From IMG/VR virus record IMGVR_UViG_3300019458_000027, positions 1 through 25,190 of that record: a stretch of 25,190 nt of DNA. The stretch is one strand, 5' to 3'. Origin of the DNA: a virus. This document shows positions 15,049 through 23,928 of this stretch, in pieces. Below the pieces are notes generated by a model that was given only the letters and a program-made list of their open reading frames with translations, ran no database searches and was not told the origin of the DNA. A program made the position numbers and the translations under genes. How positions within the stretch are numbered: position 1 is the first letter of the stretch; every line of letters starts with the position of its first letter.

Positions 15049-17859
15049 TTACGAAGTGGTGAACAACCTTAAATCTATGGGCCCACTTTCTATAACTGCA
15101 TTAGCGAAGGTTACTTGACTACCGAGGAAGGTTATTGAAGCATTTCCTCCAATGCTCTGTGATACCATACTATTTATATGGGCATTACCATCAACAGTAG
15201 AGGTTTCCACGATTTTAATATGGGCATTACCATCAACAGTTGCCGTTTGATCAACAATCTGAATATGGGCATTACCCGATATTGGCTCTTCCCCGCCCAG
15301 CCTAAGATGGGCATTGCCATCTATATTGGATGATATTGTGGCCTGCAAGTGTGCATTACCGCCGATATCCTGATCGAGAATTGCCAGGATATGGGCTTCT
15401 CCACCGACGCTCTCGGCTCGGTTGATGAAAGCATTACCATCTATATCACTGGTGATTGTTGCCTTGATGTGGGCTTTCCCACTAACGGTGGAGGTCTTAG
15501 TAGGATTTTCTTCGGCGTCCAGAACGTCCATCCATACGCCCAAGGCGGCCTGTAGTCCAACAAATCGAATTAAAGTATCGTCGTCTCTGGAGTGCTTTTC
15601 AGCAGCGAAACCCGGAGGAACGCCACCTGACAGGGTGGGTTGGAAATCATGGATTGGACCCTCGTCGCTCCACGTGAGAGTATCTTTATCAAACCTAGAA
15701 TGAGACACAAAATTAAATGTGCTACTGTCCGGAACAGCGGTGTCGTCAAGCCAAAAGGCGTGAATATTGCCAGCACCATCAGAAGACAGGGATACTTCTC
15801 TTCTGTCCGTTCCCGTGGCAATAAGAGTACCGACTAAATCAGTAGCGGCACCCCAAATTCCACCAGATTGCCGATTATATCGTAAGATATCTCCATCTTG
15901 TTTCCAAGCAACATAGATATTGGAAGTTCTCCTATCAATAATAAGATCAACCTCATTGGTGGTGGTGCTACCCCCAATGCTGGCAGAATCTTCTGCTCCC
16001 CAAGTCCATGTGCTAGGACCAGAAAAGGCGGCCTTAGCATAGGAAGTCGTTCTAGGGGAATGCTTCCTCCAAGCTATGTGAAGGTTGTTATCCTTATCGG
16101 CATCGGCTCCGATTCCCTGTTCTGCTCCAAGAGTAGAGAATATAGTATCAGTCTGAGTGAAAGATTGTCCATTATCTGTAGATCTGGCCCAATAGATACC
16201 GATAGGTAGTGAAGTGCCACGGGGAGCGAAGATATGAACAGAATCGTTGGGAGCGACCAATATAACGGGGTCGGCTAAACGAGAAGCTACGTTTCCCGAC
16301 AAAGTGATGACAGAATCCCAGATTCCTCCTGCTCTCCTAGCGTATTTTAGGTTACTGGGGGATGCGGCGTTATTGTGCCATACAACGTGAACACGATTGG
16401 CAGAATCGACAGCTATAGCTGGATTAAACTGGCTGCTACTTGATTGAATTGTATGACGGGTGTTGTCTGCTCCTCCATCCCCATCAGTCCAGGTGTCTCC
16501 CCCATCAGTAGACGTAGCGTAGAAAACCCCACTGTCGGTCCTAAAAGCAGCATGCAAATTTCCCAATGAATCCTTAACGATCCCGCCGCCTAAACCTAAT
16601 CCATGGCTAGTAACATTTAGGTCGGTTACTGATCTCTTTCTAGTAGAGAAGGAGGTAAATCTTGCAAAGCTAAAGTCCTGTTGTTGATATATAACGGGTA
16701 TAGTAGGGTCAGAATCAGAACTTCTTACAATGCTTGGAAATATGATCTTGTTCTTAGTGGCGTCGTCGTTTCCGTGCCCCTCCCACGTCTTATAAACACT
16801 AGCCCCTGAGGTTCCATCCCCACGAACCCAAAAGTCTCTCTTCTTATTGAAGTGGCAATATGCCGCCCTTCTGACAGTCGTAATTATCGGGCTGAATGCA
16901 TCAACAGCAGAAGCTACGAAATGAAGATCATCATGAGAATCCACACCCAACGTGGGATGCTCGTACATGCTCTCAGTTCCCGTTCCTAAATCAGCATGGG
17001 AAGACCAGTTGGACCCGCCATCGGTCGATCTAGTCCATTTTAGGGTTACATTACTTCCAGCCAAATTTTCTCGTACGAAGACCAGATAAATGTCATCCAA
17101 ACTATTGACTACCAGGGCCGCCTCTAATTCTCCTCTTGGTCCAACATTACCCCATGGGTCTGTTGATGTTGACCCCCATGTCCATACTGGCCCAGCAGAA
17201 AGAGTGGCTTTTACATAGACCGCTCTACGGTTGGATTTGCTAGCAGCGTTTAGAATATAGACTAAATGAAGATTACCGTTAGAATCTGCATCGAATCCCC
17301 ACTTTGTTCCAGATTGGCACGTAGGGGAGGTAATCTGATTTGTGGTTAATGCCCACGTCGCTCCACCATCTGTAGACCTAGCCCAAAAGACAACGTTATC
17401 GGTGGTGTTAGTTCCAACCACGTGGAGTGTAACGGAACCTGGGGTATGCGTTATTAAGTTGGGATTCTCTAAAGCTTTAGTGCCGCTGGCGATACTAGCG
17501 GTGTCCTCTGTTTGCCAAACTCCACTCACTTTTCGTCTATAATTGATCCTTTTAGGGGAGGCACCCTGATCATCCCATACGACGTGAATATTGCCGAGAG
17601 AATCAACAACAATGGATGGGTGCTTTTGACTAACCAAAGAGGAGGATACTTGAAAGGATGAACCGGCCCCGCCACCCTCTCCATCTTCCCAGGTCTGTCC
17701 CCCGTCGGTAGAAGTAGCGTAGAAGATACCTGTAGCACCGTCTTTAGACCATACAGCATGTAGTCCTCCGATAGAATCCTTGGCAATTGCTCTACCAAAG
17801 GTCTTGGCTGAGTCGGCCCCGATAACAACAGAACTTACTGTAGTAGGTCTTTGTGCCAT
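15049..17859 (-). CDS. Putative receptor-binding protein: two tandem Asp-box (BNR) beta-propellers plus a C-terminal ~14-aa repeat tail
   Basis: Five S-T-D-[GN]-G-x-[TNS]-[WF] boxes, repeated D..GN.H.VW blades, about ten GNAH[IL]-type repeats. Confidence 0.8.
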   Translation of the reverse strand: MAQRPTTVSSVVIGADSAKTFGRAIAKDSIGGLHAVWSKDGATGIFYATSTDGGQTWEDGEGGGAGSSFQVSSSLVSQKHPSIVVDSLGNIHVVWDDQGASPKRINYRRKVSGVWQTEDTASIASGTKALENPNLITHTPGSVTLHVVGTNTTDNVVFWARSTDGGATWALTTNQITSPTCQSGTKWGFDADSNGNLHLVYILNAASKSNRRAVYVKATLSAGPVWTWGSTSTDPWGNVGPRGELEAALVVNSLDDIYLVFVRENLAGSNVTLKWTRSTDGGSNWSSHADLGTGTESMYEHPTLGVDSHDDLHFVASAVDAFSPIITTVRRAAYCHFNKKRDFWVRGDGTSGASVYKTWEGHGNDDATKNKIIFPSIVRSSDSDPTIPVIYQQQDFSFARFTSFSTRKRSVTDLNVTSHGLGLGGGIVKDSLGNLHAAFRTDSGVFYATSTDGGDTWTDGDGGADNTRHTIQSSSSQFNPAIAVDSANRVHVVWHNNAASPSNLKYARRAGGIWDSVITLSGNVASRLADPVILVAPNDSVHIFAPRGTSLPIGIYWARSTDNGQSFTQTDTIFSTLGAEQGIGADADKDNNLHIAWRKHSPRTTSYAKAAFSGPSTWTWGAEDSASIGGSTTTNEVDLIIDRRTSNIYVAWKQDGDILRYNRQSGGIWGAATDLVGTLIATGTDRREVSLSSDGAGNIHAFWLDDTAVPDSSTFNFVSHSRFDKDTLTWSDEGPIHDFQPTLSGGVPPGFAAEKHSRDDDTLIRFVGLQAALGVWMDVLDAEENPTKTSTVSGKAHIKATITSDIDGNAFINRAESVGGEAHILAILDQDIGGNAHLQATISSNIDGNAHLRLGGEEPISGNAHIQIVDQTATVDGNAHIKIVETSTVDGNAHINSMVSQSIGGNASITFLGSQVTFANAVIESGPIDLRLFTTS
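15085..15495 (-). repeat. Coding tandem repeat, period about 42 nt (S/T-x-I/V-x-G-N-A-H-I), ~10 units
   Basis: Exact 23-bp DNA repeat atatgggcattaccatcaacagt at 15176-15198 and 15218-15240, partial at 15263-15276. Confidence 0.85.
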
Positions 17860-18287
17860 TAGACTGTGTACTCCGTTGGGTCAGCCGTGGTAAGACTGAT
17901 TGTGTAGGTTAAAAGATTGGCTCTCTCTAGATTGTCGAATTGAACGCCTTCGGGGGTCGGAATAGCTTTATAGAAGACGTGATTCCCCGCAGCGATGATA
18001 TGGAGTTGACCAGGCCCCGTGCCAATACCACTAGCCAAATCTTTTCTTTTCTGGTCTAGTATAAGGAAGTTAACTGGGGTGGTGAATAAAACTCCTTTTA
18101 CCACGATAGTTCTTTGAGCCAACCCCTGGAGTTGGATTACGGCTCCATCTGACAGAGGCAGGATGAATGCAGCTTGTCTCTTATTAGGGGAGTTTCTTTG
18201 AATAGTAGGAATAGGACTGAATGTATAAGTACCATCTGTTCCGTCAACTCCTCTACGCCATTCTATGGTCACCTGTGGTGGAATCAT
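17859..18287 (-). CDS. Distal tail (Dit)-like protein
   Basis: 142 aa directly after tape measure; R.I...G.L and YTISL.TADP patterns. Confidence 0.6.
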   Translation of the reverse strand: MIPPQVTIEWRRGVDGTDGTYTFSPIPTIQRNSPNKRQAAFILPLSDGAVIQLQGLAQRTIVVKGVLFTTPVNFLILDQKRKDLASGIGTGPGQLHIIAAGNHVFYKAIPTPEGVQFDNLERANLLTYTISLTTADPTEYTV

Positions 18288-18290
18288 CTT

Positions 18291-20573
18291 TTACCTCGGA
18301 GTCTGTGTCCTTCCTCTAGAAATTCTCTCTCTATTCAATTCGGCTCTGGTTCGGGCTTGAATATCCAATACGGCCTCTTGGACTTGCCTTCTGAGGTCTT
18401 CTACACTAAATCCAAGCTCCACCGTAACACGGTTTTCCAACTGGGTTTGTAATCTCTGGATGATTTGTTCCTCTGGAGCAGTAACCCCACCAAGCTCCAA
18501 CTGAGTTTCTCTTCGAACATTAGCAAGAGCTTCCTTAGTTTGCTTGTCTAAATCTCGTGGAATGAAGAACTGCCCCAATCCTCGATCCCTAAGAGAGGGA
18601 TCGTTACGAAAATCCTCGGAAGCAGCTATGAAGGCGGCCTTAAATCTAGGATTGGTCAGAGCTTCTTGCACAATTTCAGCATTTTGCTGAACAAACTTTT
18701 CTACACCGCTTCTTCGAAGGTCAGCAATAGCTCGATCTACGGCTCTTTCCTCAGAAAGGCGTTGCTCTCTGGTTTTACCGAGAGCTTTTGTAAACTCGTC
18801 CAAATCGATTTGGTTAATCGATTTTCTTAGTTCGATGATCTTGATAGCGGCATCGCTCTCGGCCTTAACCCTAAGACTTGTTCTTTCAATCTCGGTAAGA
18901 CCCTCGTTGGCCAAGATTTCGGCTCTCTGGTTGGCTAATTCGGCTCGGATAAGGTCTAGTTCCTCTAAGAATCGGGCCCTATCTAGCTCCGATCTCCTGA
19001 TATTAAGAAGCTGAGCGTTACCTAAAGCAGACCTAAGTTGCTCATCGGCTAGGGCCCTCTCTACCGTTAATAAACTCCTTCCAGCATCTATTCGAGCTTT
19101 CTGCTCGGCTACATTCTGAGCAAGAACCGATTGAATGGCTTCTCTAGCAAGAATAGTTCTAAGTCTCCTCTGAGATTCCAAGTCTTGGGTCGAAGCAGCT
19201 AGCTTATCGGCCGTATCCTTAATCTGTTGTTCTCTGGCCGCAGCAAATCTATCAAGGGTGACCTTGGCAAGTTTTTTCTCAGTTTCCTCTGAGAGATCAG
19301 CAAATTTCTGCTCTAATCTGATTCTCTCTTCTAGAGAAGAAATAACTTTATCAATGGCAACCTTTTCTCTCTCTAGAGAAGTGGTTCGTGTTTCCCCTCC
19401 AGGGGTTCTTCTAGCTTCCTCTATTTGTTTTGCCAAATCCTCGGACCTCTTGGCAAAGATATCCAATTGTCTGCTACTTTCTCTAAATCCCGCTACAGTC
19501 TCACCTGCTAGAAGACGCTTTGCGATAAGAGCACGATTGGAGGCCCCAACCTCCTGCTCAATCTTTCTCAAGCTCCTTTCAGAAGCTTGCTCTATAGCGA
19601 TACTAACGGCGGTAATGGCACCAGCTAGCACCAATAAACCTCCACCGGCGAGGGTAGCAGCCCTAAGAGAAATCGACAGTCTAGACAAAGACGGAATAAG
19701 ACTTAGAATAGTGCCACCAAGTGCTCGAACGTTTATAAATAGAAGTCCAAATCCCCTTCCTAATGGCCCAAGAATCAACCCTAAAGCTGTAAGTCCAGCC
19801 AATAGCGATCCCGAAGCCACAGCTGCGGTCAAGATGGGGGTAGGGATAGAGTTTATGGCTCTCAGAAAGGCCGTTACCAGAGGTAAAGTTTGATCTCCTA
19901 ATACCTGACTAACATTTTGAAATCGGTTAGTTAGGATAGCTAACTGACCAGCGGCCGTTTTCCCGTCTTTCTCGGCAAATCCTCCAAATCTTCTACTGAG
20001 TTCTGCAATTAATTCGCCGTTTTTCTGTAGTTCCCTAGCTTGACCAGAGCTTAGTCCTGTAATACGAGACAAAAGAACTACCGTTCCAGCTTGTGCTCTC
20101 GCTAGGGCCAGCGTTACCGTGGACAGTTCCCTTCCTGTGGCAGCGGCGATATCCTGGGCCAACACCAATAGTTGTTGGGCCCTTGCTGCTGATTGAGTAA
20201 AATTAATCAACTGGCTAAGGGCCTGTAGGGATTGCGTAGATTGGAATTTTGTTAATTCAGACTGTTTTTCGGCTAGAGCCTCAAAATCCTTTACTAGAGA
20301 GCTACCAGAAAGACCGAGAAGATCAAGTTGATTTCGAAGTCGAGTTACGACCTTTTCGTTTTCTATAGCTTGTTTTGTAAACTCGGTTAACCCAGCAGCA
20401 ATGGCTACCGATCCCGCAATCTGCAAAAAGTTTTTAAAAGAAAAAGACAGCTTCTCGGTTTGAGTTTGAGCACCTTTAATCTGACTGACCATTCCAGATA
20501 GTCTGTTGCGCAAATCCTCAAAACCTTGGGGATCGAGCTTTGCTAAGAGTTGCAGGATTAGACTACTAGCCAT
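18291..20573 (-). CDS. Tail tape measure protein
   Basis: 760 aa, Ala/Leu-rich helical, AQDIAAATG...LA.A..G and central hydrophobic segment; follows chaperone pair. Confidence 0.9.
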   Translation of the reverse strand: MASSLILQLLAKLDPQGFEDLRNRLSGMVSQIKGAQTQTEKLSFSFKNFLQIAGSVAIAAGLTEFTKQAIENEKVVTRLRNQLDLLGLSGSSLVKDFEALAEKQSELTKFQSTQSLQALSQLINFTQSAARAQQLLVLAQDIAAATGRELSTVTLALARAQAGTVVLLSRITGLSSGQARELQKNGELIAELSRRFGGFAEKDGKTAAGQLAILTNRFQNVSQVLGDQTLPLVTAFLRAINSIPTPILTAAVASGSLLAGLTALGLILGPLGRGFGLLFINVRALGGTILSLIPSLSRLSISLRAATLAGGGLLVLAGAITAVSIAIEQASERSLRKIEQEVGASNRALIAKRLLAGETVAGFRESSRQLDIFAKRSEDLAKQIEEARRTPGGETRTTSLEREKVAIDKVISSLEERIRLEQKFADLSEETEKKLAKVTLDRFAAAREQQIKDTADKLAASTQDLESQRRLRTILAREAIQSVLAQNVAEQKARIDAGRSLLTVERALADEQLRSALGNAQLLNIRRSELDRARFLEELDLIRAELANQRAEILANEGLTEIERTSLRVKAESDAAIKIIELRKSINQIDLDEFTKALGKTREQRLSEERAVDRAIADLRRSGVEKFVQQNAEIVQEALTNPRFKAAFIAASEDFRNDPSLRDRGLGQFFIPRDLDKQTKEALANVRRETQLELGGVTAPEEQIIQRLQTQLENRVTVELGFSVEDLRRQVQEAVLDIQARTRAELNRERISRGRTQTPR

Positions 20574-20782
20574 TACCTATTCACGACCTTTACTGTATAC
20601 TTGTCTCGTTTGTCTTGTAAAGACTTAGATTCCAAGTCGATAACATAGGCCACCGCCTCAGCAATAATGGCGTATTGCTCCCACGTTAAACCTTCAATCG
20701 ACCCAGACTTAAATAAGGACAATCCTGCGGAGCGAGACACAGAAAGTTGGGACAAGAACTGTGCGCTCCTTACGAGTTTTTT
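20573..20782 (-). CDS. Tail assembly chaperone frameshift extension (gpT-like), reached by -1 shift
   Basis: -1 frame open from slippery site: KLVRSAQFLSQLSVSRSAG... to the stop overlapping the tape measure start. Confidence 0.75.
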   Translation of the reverse strand, partial: KKLVRSAQFLSQLSVSRSAGLSLFKSGSIEGLTWEQYAIIAEAVAYVIDLESKSLQDKRDKYTVKVVNR

Positions 20783-21333
20783 CTTTCGTCCGCAGAAAGG
20801 CCGATTTTGGTCATATAAAGATCAAACAGATCGTTCACCGTCTCATCGGGAAGAACAGCAATTTCTTCTAGATTCTTGAAAAACTTGGTTTTGCCGTCCT
20901 TCTGCTTCAATGCAAAATAAACGGTTAAAATCTTCTGCTCGATAATGGACATGAGAAGCTGAATGTCCAAGTCGTAGTTCATCTTCCTTGTTTCCAACTG
21001 AGCTTCGGCGATCCCCGCCTTGATCAGTTGAATCTCCCTATAAGTAATGGGAGTTAAATACCCTTGAATTTTGTCATTTTCCAGCTTACCTAGTTCATCC
21101 TCGGCATTCTTGAGGACGGTAGAATAATCGTCTGGTTTGCTGGAATCTTCAAGGGCTTTACGAAGATTGGCTACTTGTTCCTTAGCAGCTTCCACCAGAG
21201 GCCGATACTTATAAACATCAACCTCCACTTTATCAGTGAAAAGCTTCGCTAGGGTTTTGGAAGCTTCCCCATCCTTCTCTATAGCGTCAGCAACACCCTG
21301 CTTTTCCTCTTTTGTCATTTCTTTATTGTCCAC
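20770..21333 (-). CDS. Tail assembly chaperone (gpG-like)
   Basis: Between tail tube and tape measure, slippery site at 3' end; GGAGGG SD favours GTG 21333. Confidence 0.85.
   Translation of the reverse strand: MDNKEMTKEEKQGVADAIEKDGEASKTLAKLFTDKVEVDVYKYRPLVEAAKEQVANLRKALEDSSKPDDYSTVLKNAEDELGKLENDKIQGYLTPITYREIQLIKAGIAEAQLETRKMNYDLDIQLLMSIIEQKILTVYFALKQKDGKTKFFKNLEEIAVLPDETVNDLFDLYMTKIGLSADERKNS
20776..20782 (-). other. -1 programmed ribosomal frameshift heptamer A AAA AAC
   Basis: AGA AAA AAC TCG TAA at the end of the chaperone ORF, correct phase. Confidence 0.85.
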
Positions 21334-21366
21334 GATTGTACCCTCCAAAGACACAAATATCCCGAA

Positions 21367-21480
21367 TCACCCAATATTTCCCGAATGAAAAAAGAGGGGT
21401 GGGAGTAGTAGATCGTCGGGACAGCAATCCACACTACCGTAAAGACGTGGGTGGCGTCTGTACCCACCCCTCAAAGTCAT
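21367..21480 (-). CDS. Possible 37-aa leader peptide overlapping the structured terminator
   Basis: GGAGG SD close to ATG 21480; MTLRGGYRRHPRLYGSVDCCPDDLLLPPLFFHSGNIG. Confidence 0.35.
   Translation of the reverse strand: MTLRGGYRRHPRLYGSVDCCPDDLLLPPLFFHSGNIG
21388..21472 (-). terminator. Long-range terminator-like stem enclosing a branched domain
   Basis: GAGGGGTGGG...(59 nt)...CCCACCCCTC-TTTTTT. Confidence 0.6.
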
Positions 21481-21496
21481 TTTCCTCCGTTAGCTA

Positions 21497-22252
21497 TTAC
21501 GGAAGGAAGATTGTAACAACTTCCCAAATGTCGGTCGCTAAGGGTTCAGAAGTAACCTCAAACTCCGTAGCGGACAGAGTGTAACCTGTCGTAACAGCAT
21601 CCCCATTCTTTCTGACCTGGATGGCACGTGTGCCAAATCCAAAGTCTTGAGGAAGGGTAACGGCCGATTCATCCAACGTGATCTTGTATGGACCAGGGTT
21701 GGCAGGAAAGTTCTTATCAACTCTAGAGTTTCCGTTGACAAGAGACTGTTCGTACACTGATGGATCCGGCGCATTCGCCAAAATCCTGGTGTACAGAAGC
21801 CCATGCTCCTTAATCCTGATAACGTTAGTACCAGAACCATCCACCGTAATCCTAGATTCCTCTTTAACGGGTTCAGCCGAACCCTGCCCCTTGGTGCGAA
21901 CATCTCGGCAGAAGATCGACTCGAAAATATCCCCGTTGCTATCCTTAATGTTAAGGACAACCTCCAAAATCTGGAGATTGGATGGGTCGTTAATCACCAC
22001 ACCCGTAGGATCGAGGTCGTTCAGAGCAGCATCCACCAGCTTTGAGTCCGTGTCGAAATAATCGAAACGAACGTCAACACCGTCGAACGAAACGAGAACC
22101 GCTGCAGCTTCCAGGTTATCGAACTCGTTAATCGTTCTTTCGGTAAAGCGGGGAGTGTAGTCAAAACTCTGAGCCAACGGAACTCGATAAGCTCCGTGAG
22201 ACTTGCTAACCAATTCAATCTTGGTAGCGACTCCTCTTACAAATTCAGGCAT
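21497..22252 (-). CDS. Major tail tube protein with C-terminal beta-sandwich extension
   Basis: Position between terminator and chaperone; AGGAGGTG SD; beta-rich. Confidence 0.8.
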   Translation of the reverse strand: MPEFVRGVATKIELVSKSHGAYRVPLAQSFDYTPRFTERTINEFDNLEAAAVLVSFDGVDVRFDYFDTDSKLVDAALNDLDPTGVVINDPSNLQILEVVLNIKDSNGDIFESIFCRDVRTKGQGSAEPVKEESRITVDGSGTNVIRIKEHGLLYTRILANAPDPSVYEQSLVNGNSRVDKNFPANPGPYKITLDESAVTLPQDFGFGTRAIQVRKNGDAVTTGYTLSATEFEVTSEPLATDIWEVVTIFLP

Positions 22253-22293
22253 ATCAAAACACCTCCTATTTTAACTTCTGCTATAGACAGAAG

Positions 22294-22899
22294 TTATATG
22301 TTTTCTAACAACTCAAACCAGAATACTCTCACAAGAAGTTTAATCCTGCGAATCTGCTGATTCACTGGATCAATCAAAAATCTTTCGTTAATGGCGTTAG
22401 CAGATGGGTCGATTACGATTTGCCCCACCACAGGACTTCCTAATTCATCTATGGCTTTCAGATCGATCTTAGGTAGGATCGGCAAACCTGTATCTTCATT
22501 TATCTTTCCTGCATTAACAAGTGCGAAGATCACCTTATCACGAAGATTACGAACATTCTTTGTGGCACTAGCACTTTTGTCTAGACTATCCCAACAATTT
22601 ATTTCTATTAATGTTTGATTCTTTACTCCTTTTATCGGTTTCCCAGAGCTATCAAATCCTAGTAGGTTATCGTCAAAGGCAAAATCACCTAAATTAAACA
22701 ACCCCACCTCGGCCGTAGTAATGCCAGGGAATTGCATAGGAGCTATGGGGTTATCAAACTCGAAGAAAAAAGTCTTACCGATACCTAGACTGGTGCCACC
22801 CACTTGGCCCCCGTCAATATTGGCAACCAGGTAGTCATTGAGGGAGGCCAACATGGCCTCCTTACCAGTCTGATGATGAAATCCTGAGGGTATCGACAT
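22294..22899 (-). CDS. Tail terminator/completion protein
   Basis: Synteny; FPGIT, IEINCW and RNLRDKV..AL patterns of lambda gpU-like proteins. Confidence 0.65.
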   Translation of the reverse strand: MSIPSGFHHQTGKEAMLASLNDYLVANIDGGQVGGTSLGIGKTFFFEFDNPIAPMQFPGITTAEVGLFNLGDFAFDDNLLGFDSSGKPIKGVKNQTLIEINCWDSLDKSASATKNVRNLRDKVIFALVNAGKINEDTGLPILPKIDLKAIDELGSPVVGQIVIDPSANAINERFLIDPVNQQIRRIKLLVRVFWFELLENI

Positions 22900-23516
22900 T
22901 ATGAGGTAATCTCCAATTCTTCGTCGGGGGTGTCTAAATCAACAACTTTTCCCTCTTGTGAAATTTTCTTAAACCACGATTCAAAGATGACCGGAAACCA
23001 AAGTTCTGCTTTGTAACGGGATAATTCCAGAAAGTGCCTACCCTGAATGAGACTGGTTCCAAACTCCAAATACTCTCCATGGGGGACATTATTGATGAGA
23101 ATAACGTTAAAGGGGTTATCCTGAAATTCGGATTCAGTCTTTCCTTTGGCAATCAAAGAGGGATCCCAGTGATACTCCTGGAAGTAAGGAGTTTTATTGG
23201 CAGCTTTCCATGGATCGTAGAGAGCGGTGTCAAAAAACTGGCGATCATATGATTGACTGTATTTATCCAGTATGGAGGTCCAACCCCCTCGAAGTTCCCC
23301 GCCGTCTACTGGTGTTAATCTGATAAGATATTTATGAACCTGAAATACATACCGCAAGAAAACGGCTTCGGCTCTCTTAGTAAACTCGTCCTTCATATCA
23401 AACCATTGCTTAATTAACTCTGGATTCTCAATAGTCAGGGATACCCTAAAGGCCCCTCCCGATCTTTCAAGGTCTTCACGGGACAAAATGGATTGGCTGC
23501 CAATGGAAAATGGCAT
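22899..23516 (-). CDS. HK97 gp10-like neck/tail completion protein
   Basis: TPVDGGELR..W and N.V....YLEFGT motifs. Confidence 0.8.
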   Translation of the reverse strand: MPFSIGSQSILSREDLERSGGAFRVSLTIENPELIKQWFDMKDEFTKRAEAVFLRYVFQVHKYLIRLTPVDGGELRGGWTSILDKYSQSYDRQFFDTALYDPWKAANKTPYFQEYHWDPSLIAKGKTESEFQDNPFNVILINNVPHGEYLEFGTSLIQGRHFLELSRYKAELWFPVIFESWFKKISQEGKVVDLDTPDEELEITS

Positions 23517-23926
23517 TATCCTACCTTCCCTACCTTTCTTACAGCATAGGAGAAGACATGATCTGATTCTGCTATAGTATTAGTCTGTACCTTACCAACT
23601 ATGCGATATTCATGCCCACGATAGATAAGTCTATCCCCAGGTTGTCCTTGATCTTCTTGTTTAAGCTCTTCAAATAATTGCAGTTGCATGTCCCCCACTT
23701 GGTAAATACCACCAGAGTACATAATGTCTTGTGGGGACAGACCAGAGATTACAACTTTGCTCTTTTTTACTAGATAGGTGAAAGTCCTAGCGATACCGTG
23801 AGCGGGATTTCCTGCTATTTCGCCGGTGTGAATTTTAAGAAGGACAAATTCGTTAGCCACTCTAACGCTATCCAACAGAAGGTCACGAATGAAAGCACCA
23901 TCCCCATCTCGAACTAGATCGGCCAT
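23516..23926 (-). CDS. Head closure (stopper) protein
   Basis: 136 aa, G....GD, GDRLIYRGHEYRIV pattern, synteny. Confidence 0.7.
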   Translation of the reverse strand: MADLVRDGDGAFIRDLLLDSVRVANEFVLLKIHTGEIAGNPAHGIARTFTYLVKKSKVVISGLSPQDIMYSGGIYQVGDMQLQLFEELKQEDQGQPGDRLIYRGHEYRIVGKVQTNTIAESDHVFSYAVRKVGKVG

Positions 23927-23928
23927 GG

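Noticed and set aside
15085-15495. Diversity-generating retroelement or CRISPR array suggested by the 23-bp repeats
   Set aside because: Repeats are in-frame coding units; no reverse transcriptase, no adenine-specific TR/VR pair, no cas genes or spacer pattern
15049-17859. Calling the propeller protein an active sialidase
   Set aside because: Asp-boxes are structural; no FRIP motif or catalytic residues could be identified by eye
19258-19893. Long plus-strand ORFs (this one, 994-1551, 4889-5455, 2419-2886 and others)
   Set aside because: Antisense shadows of well-supported minus-strand genes, with no recognisable motifs
7997-22252. Myovirus tail or extracellular contractile injection system
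   Set aside because: No sheath, gp25-like or spike gene recognisable; head-tail joining genes and tube-chaperone-TMP-Dit order fit a non-contractile phage tail
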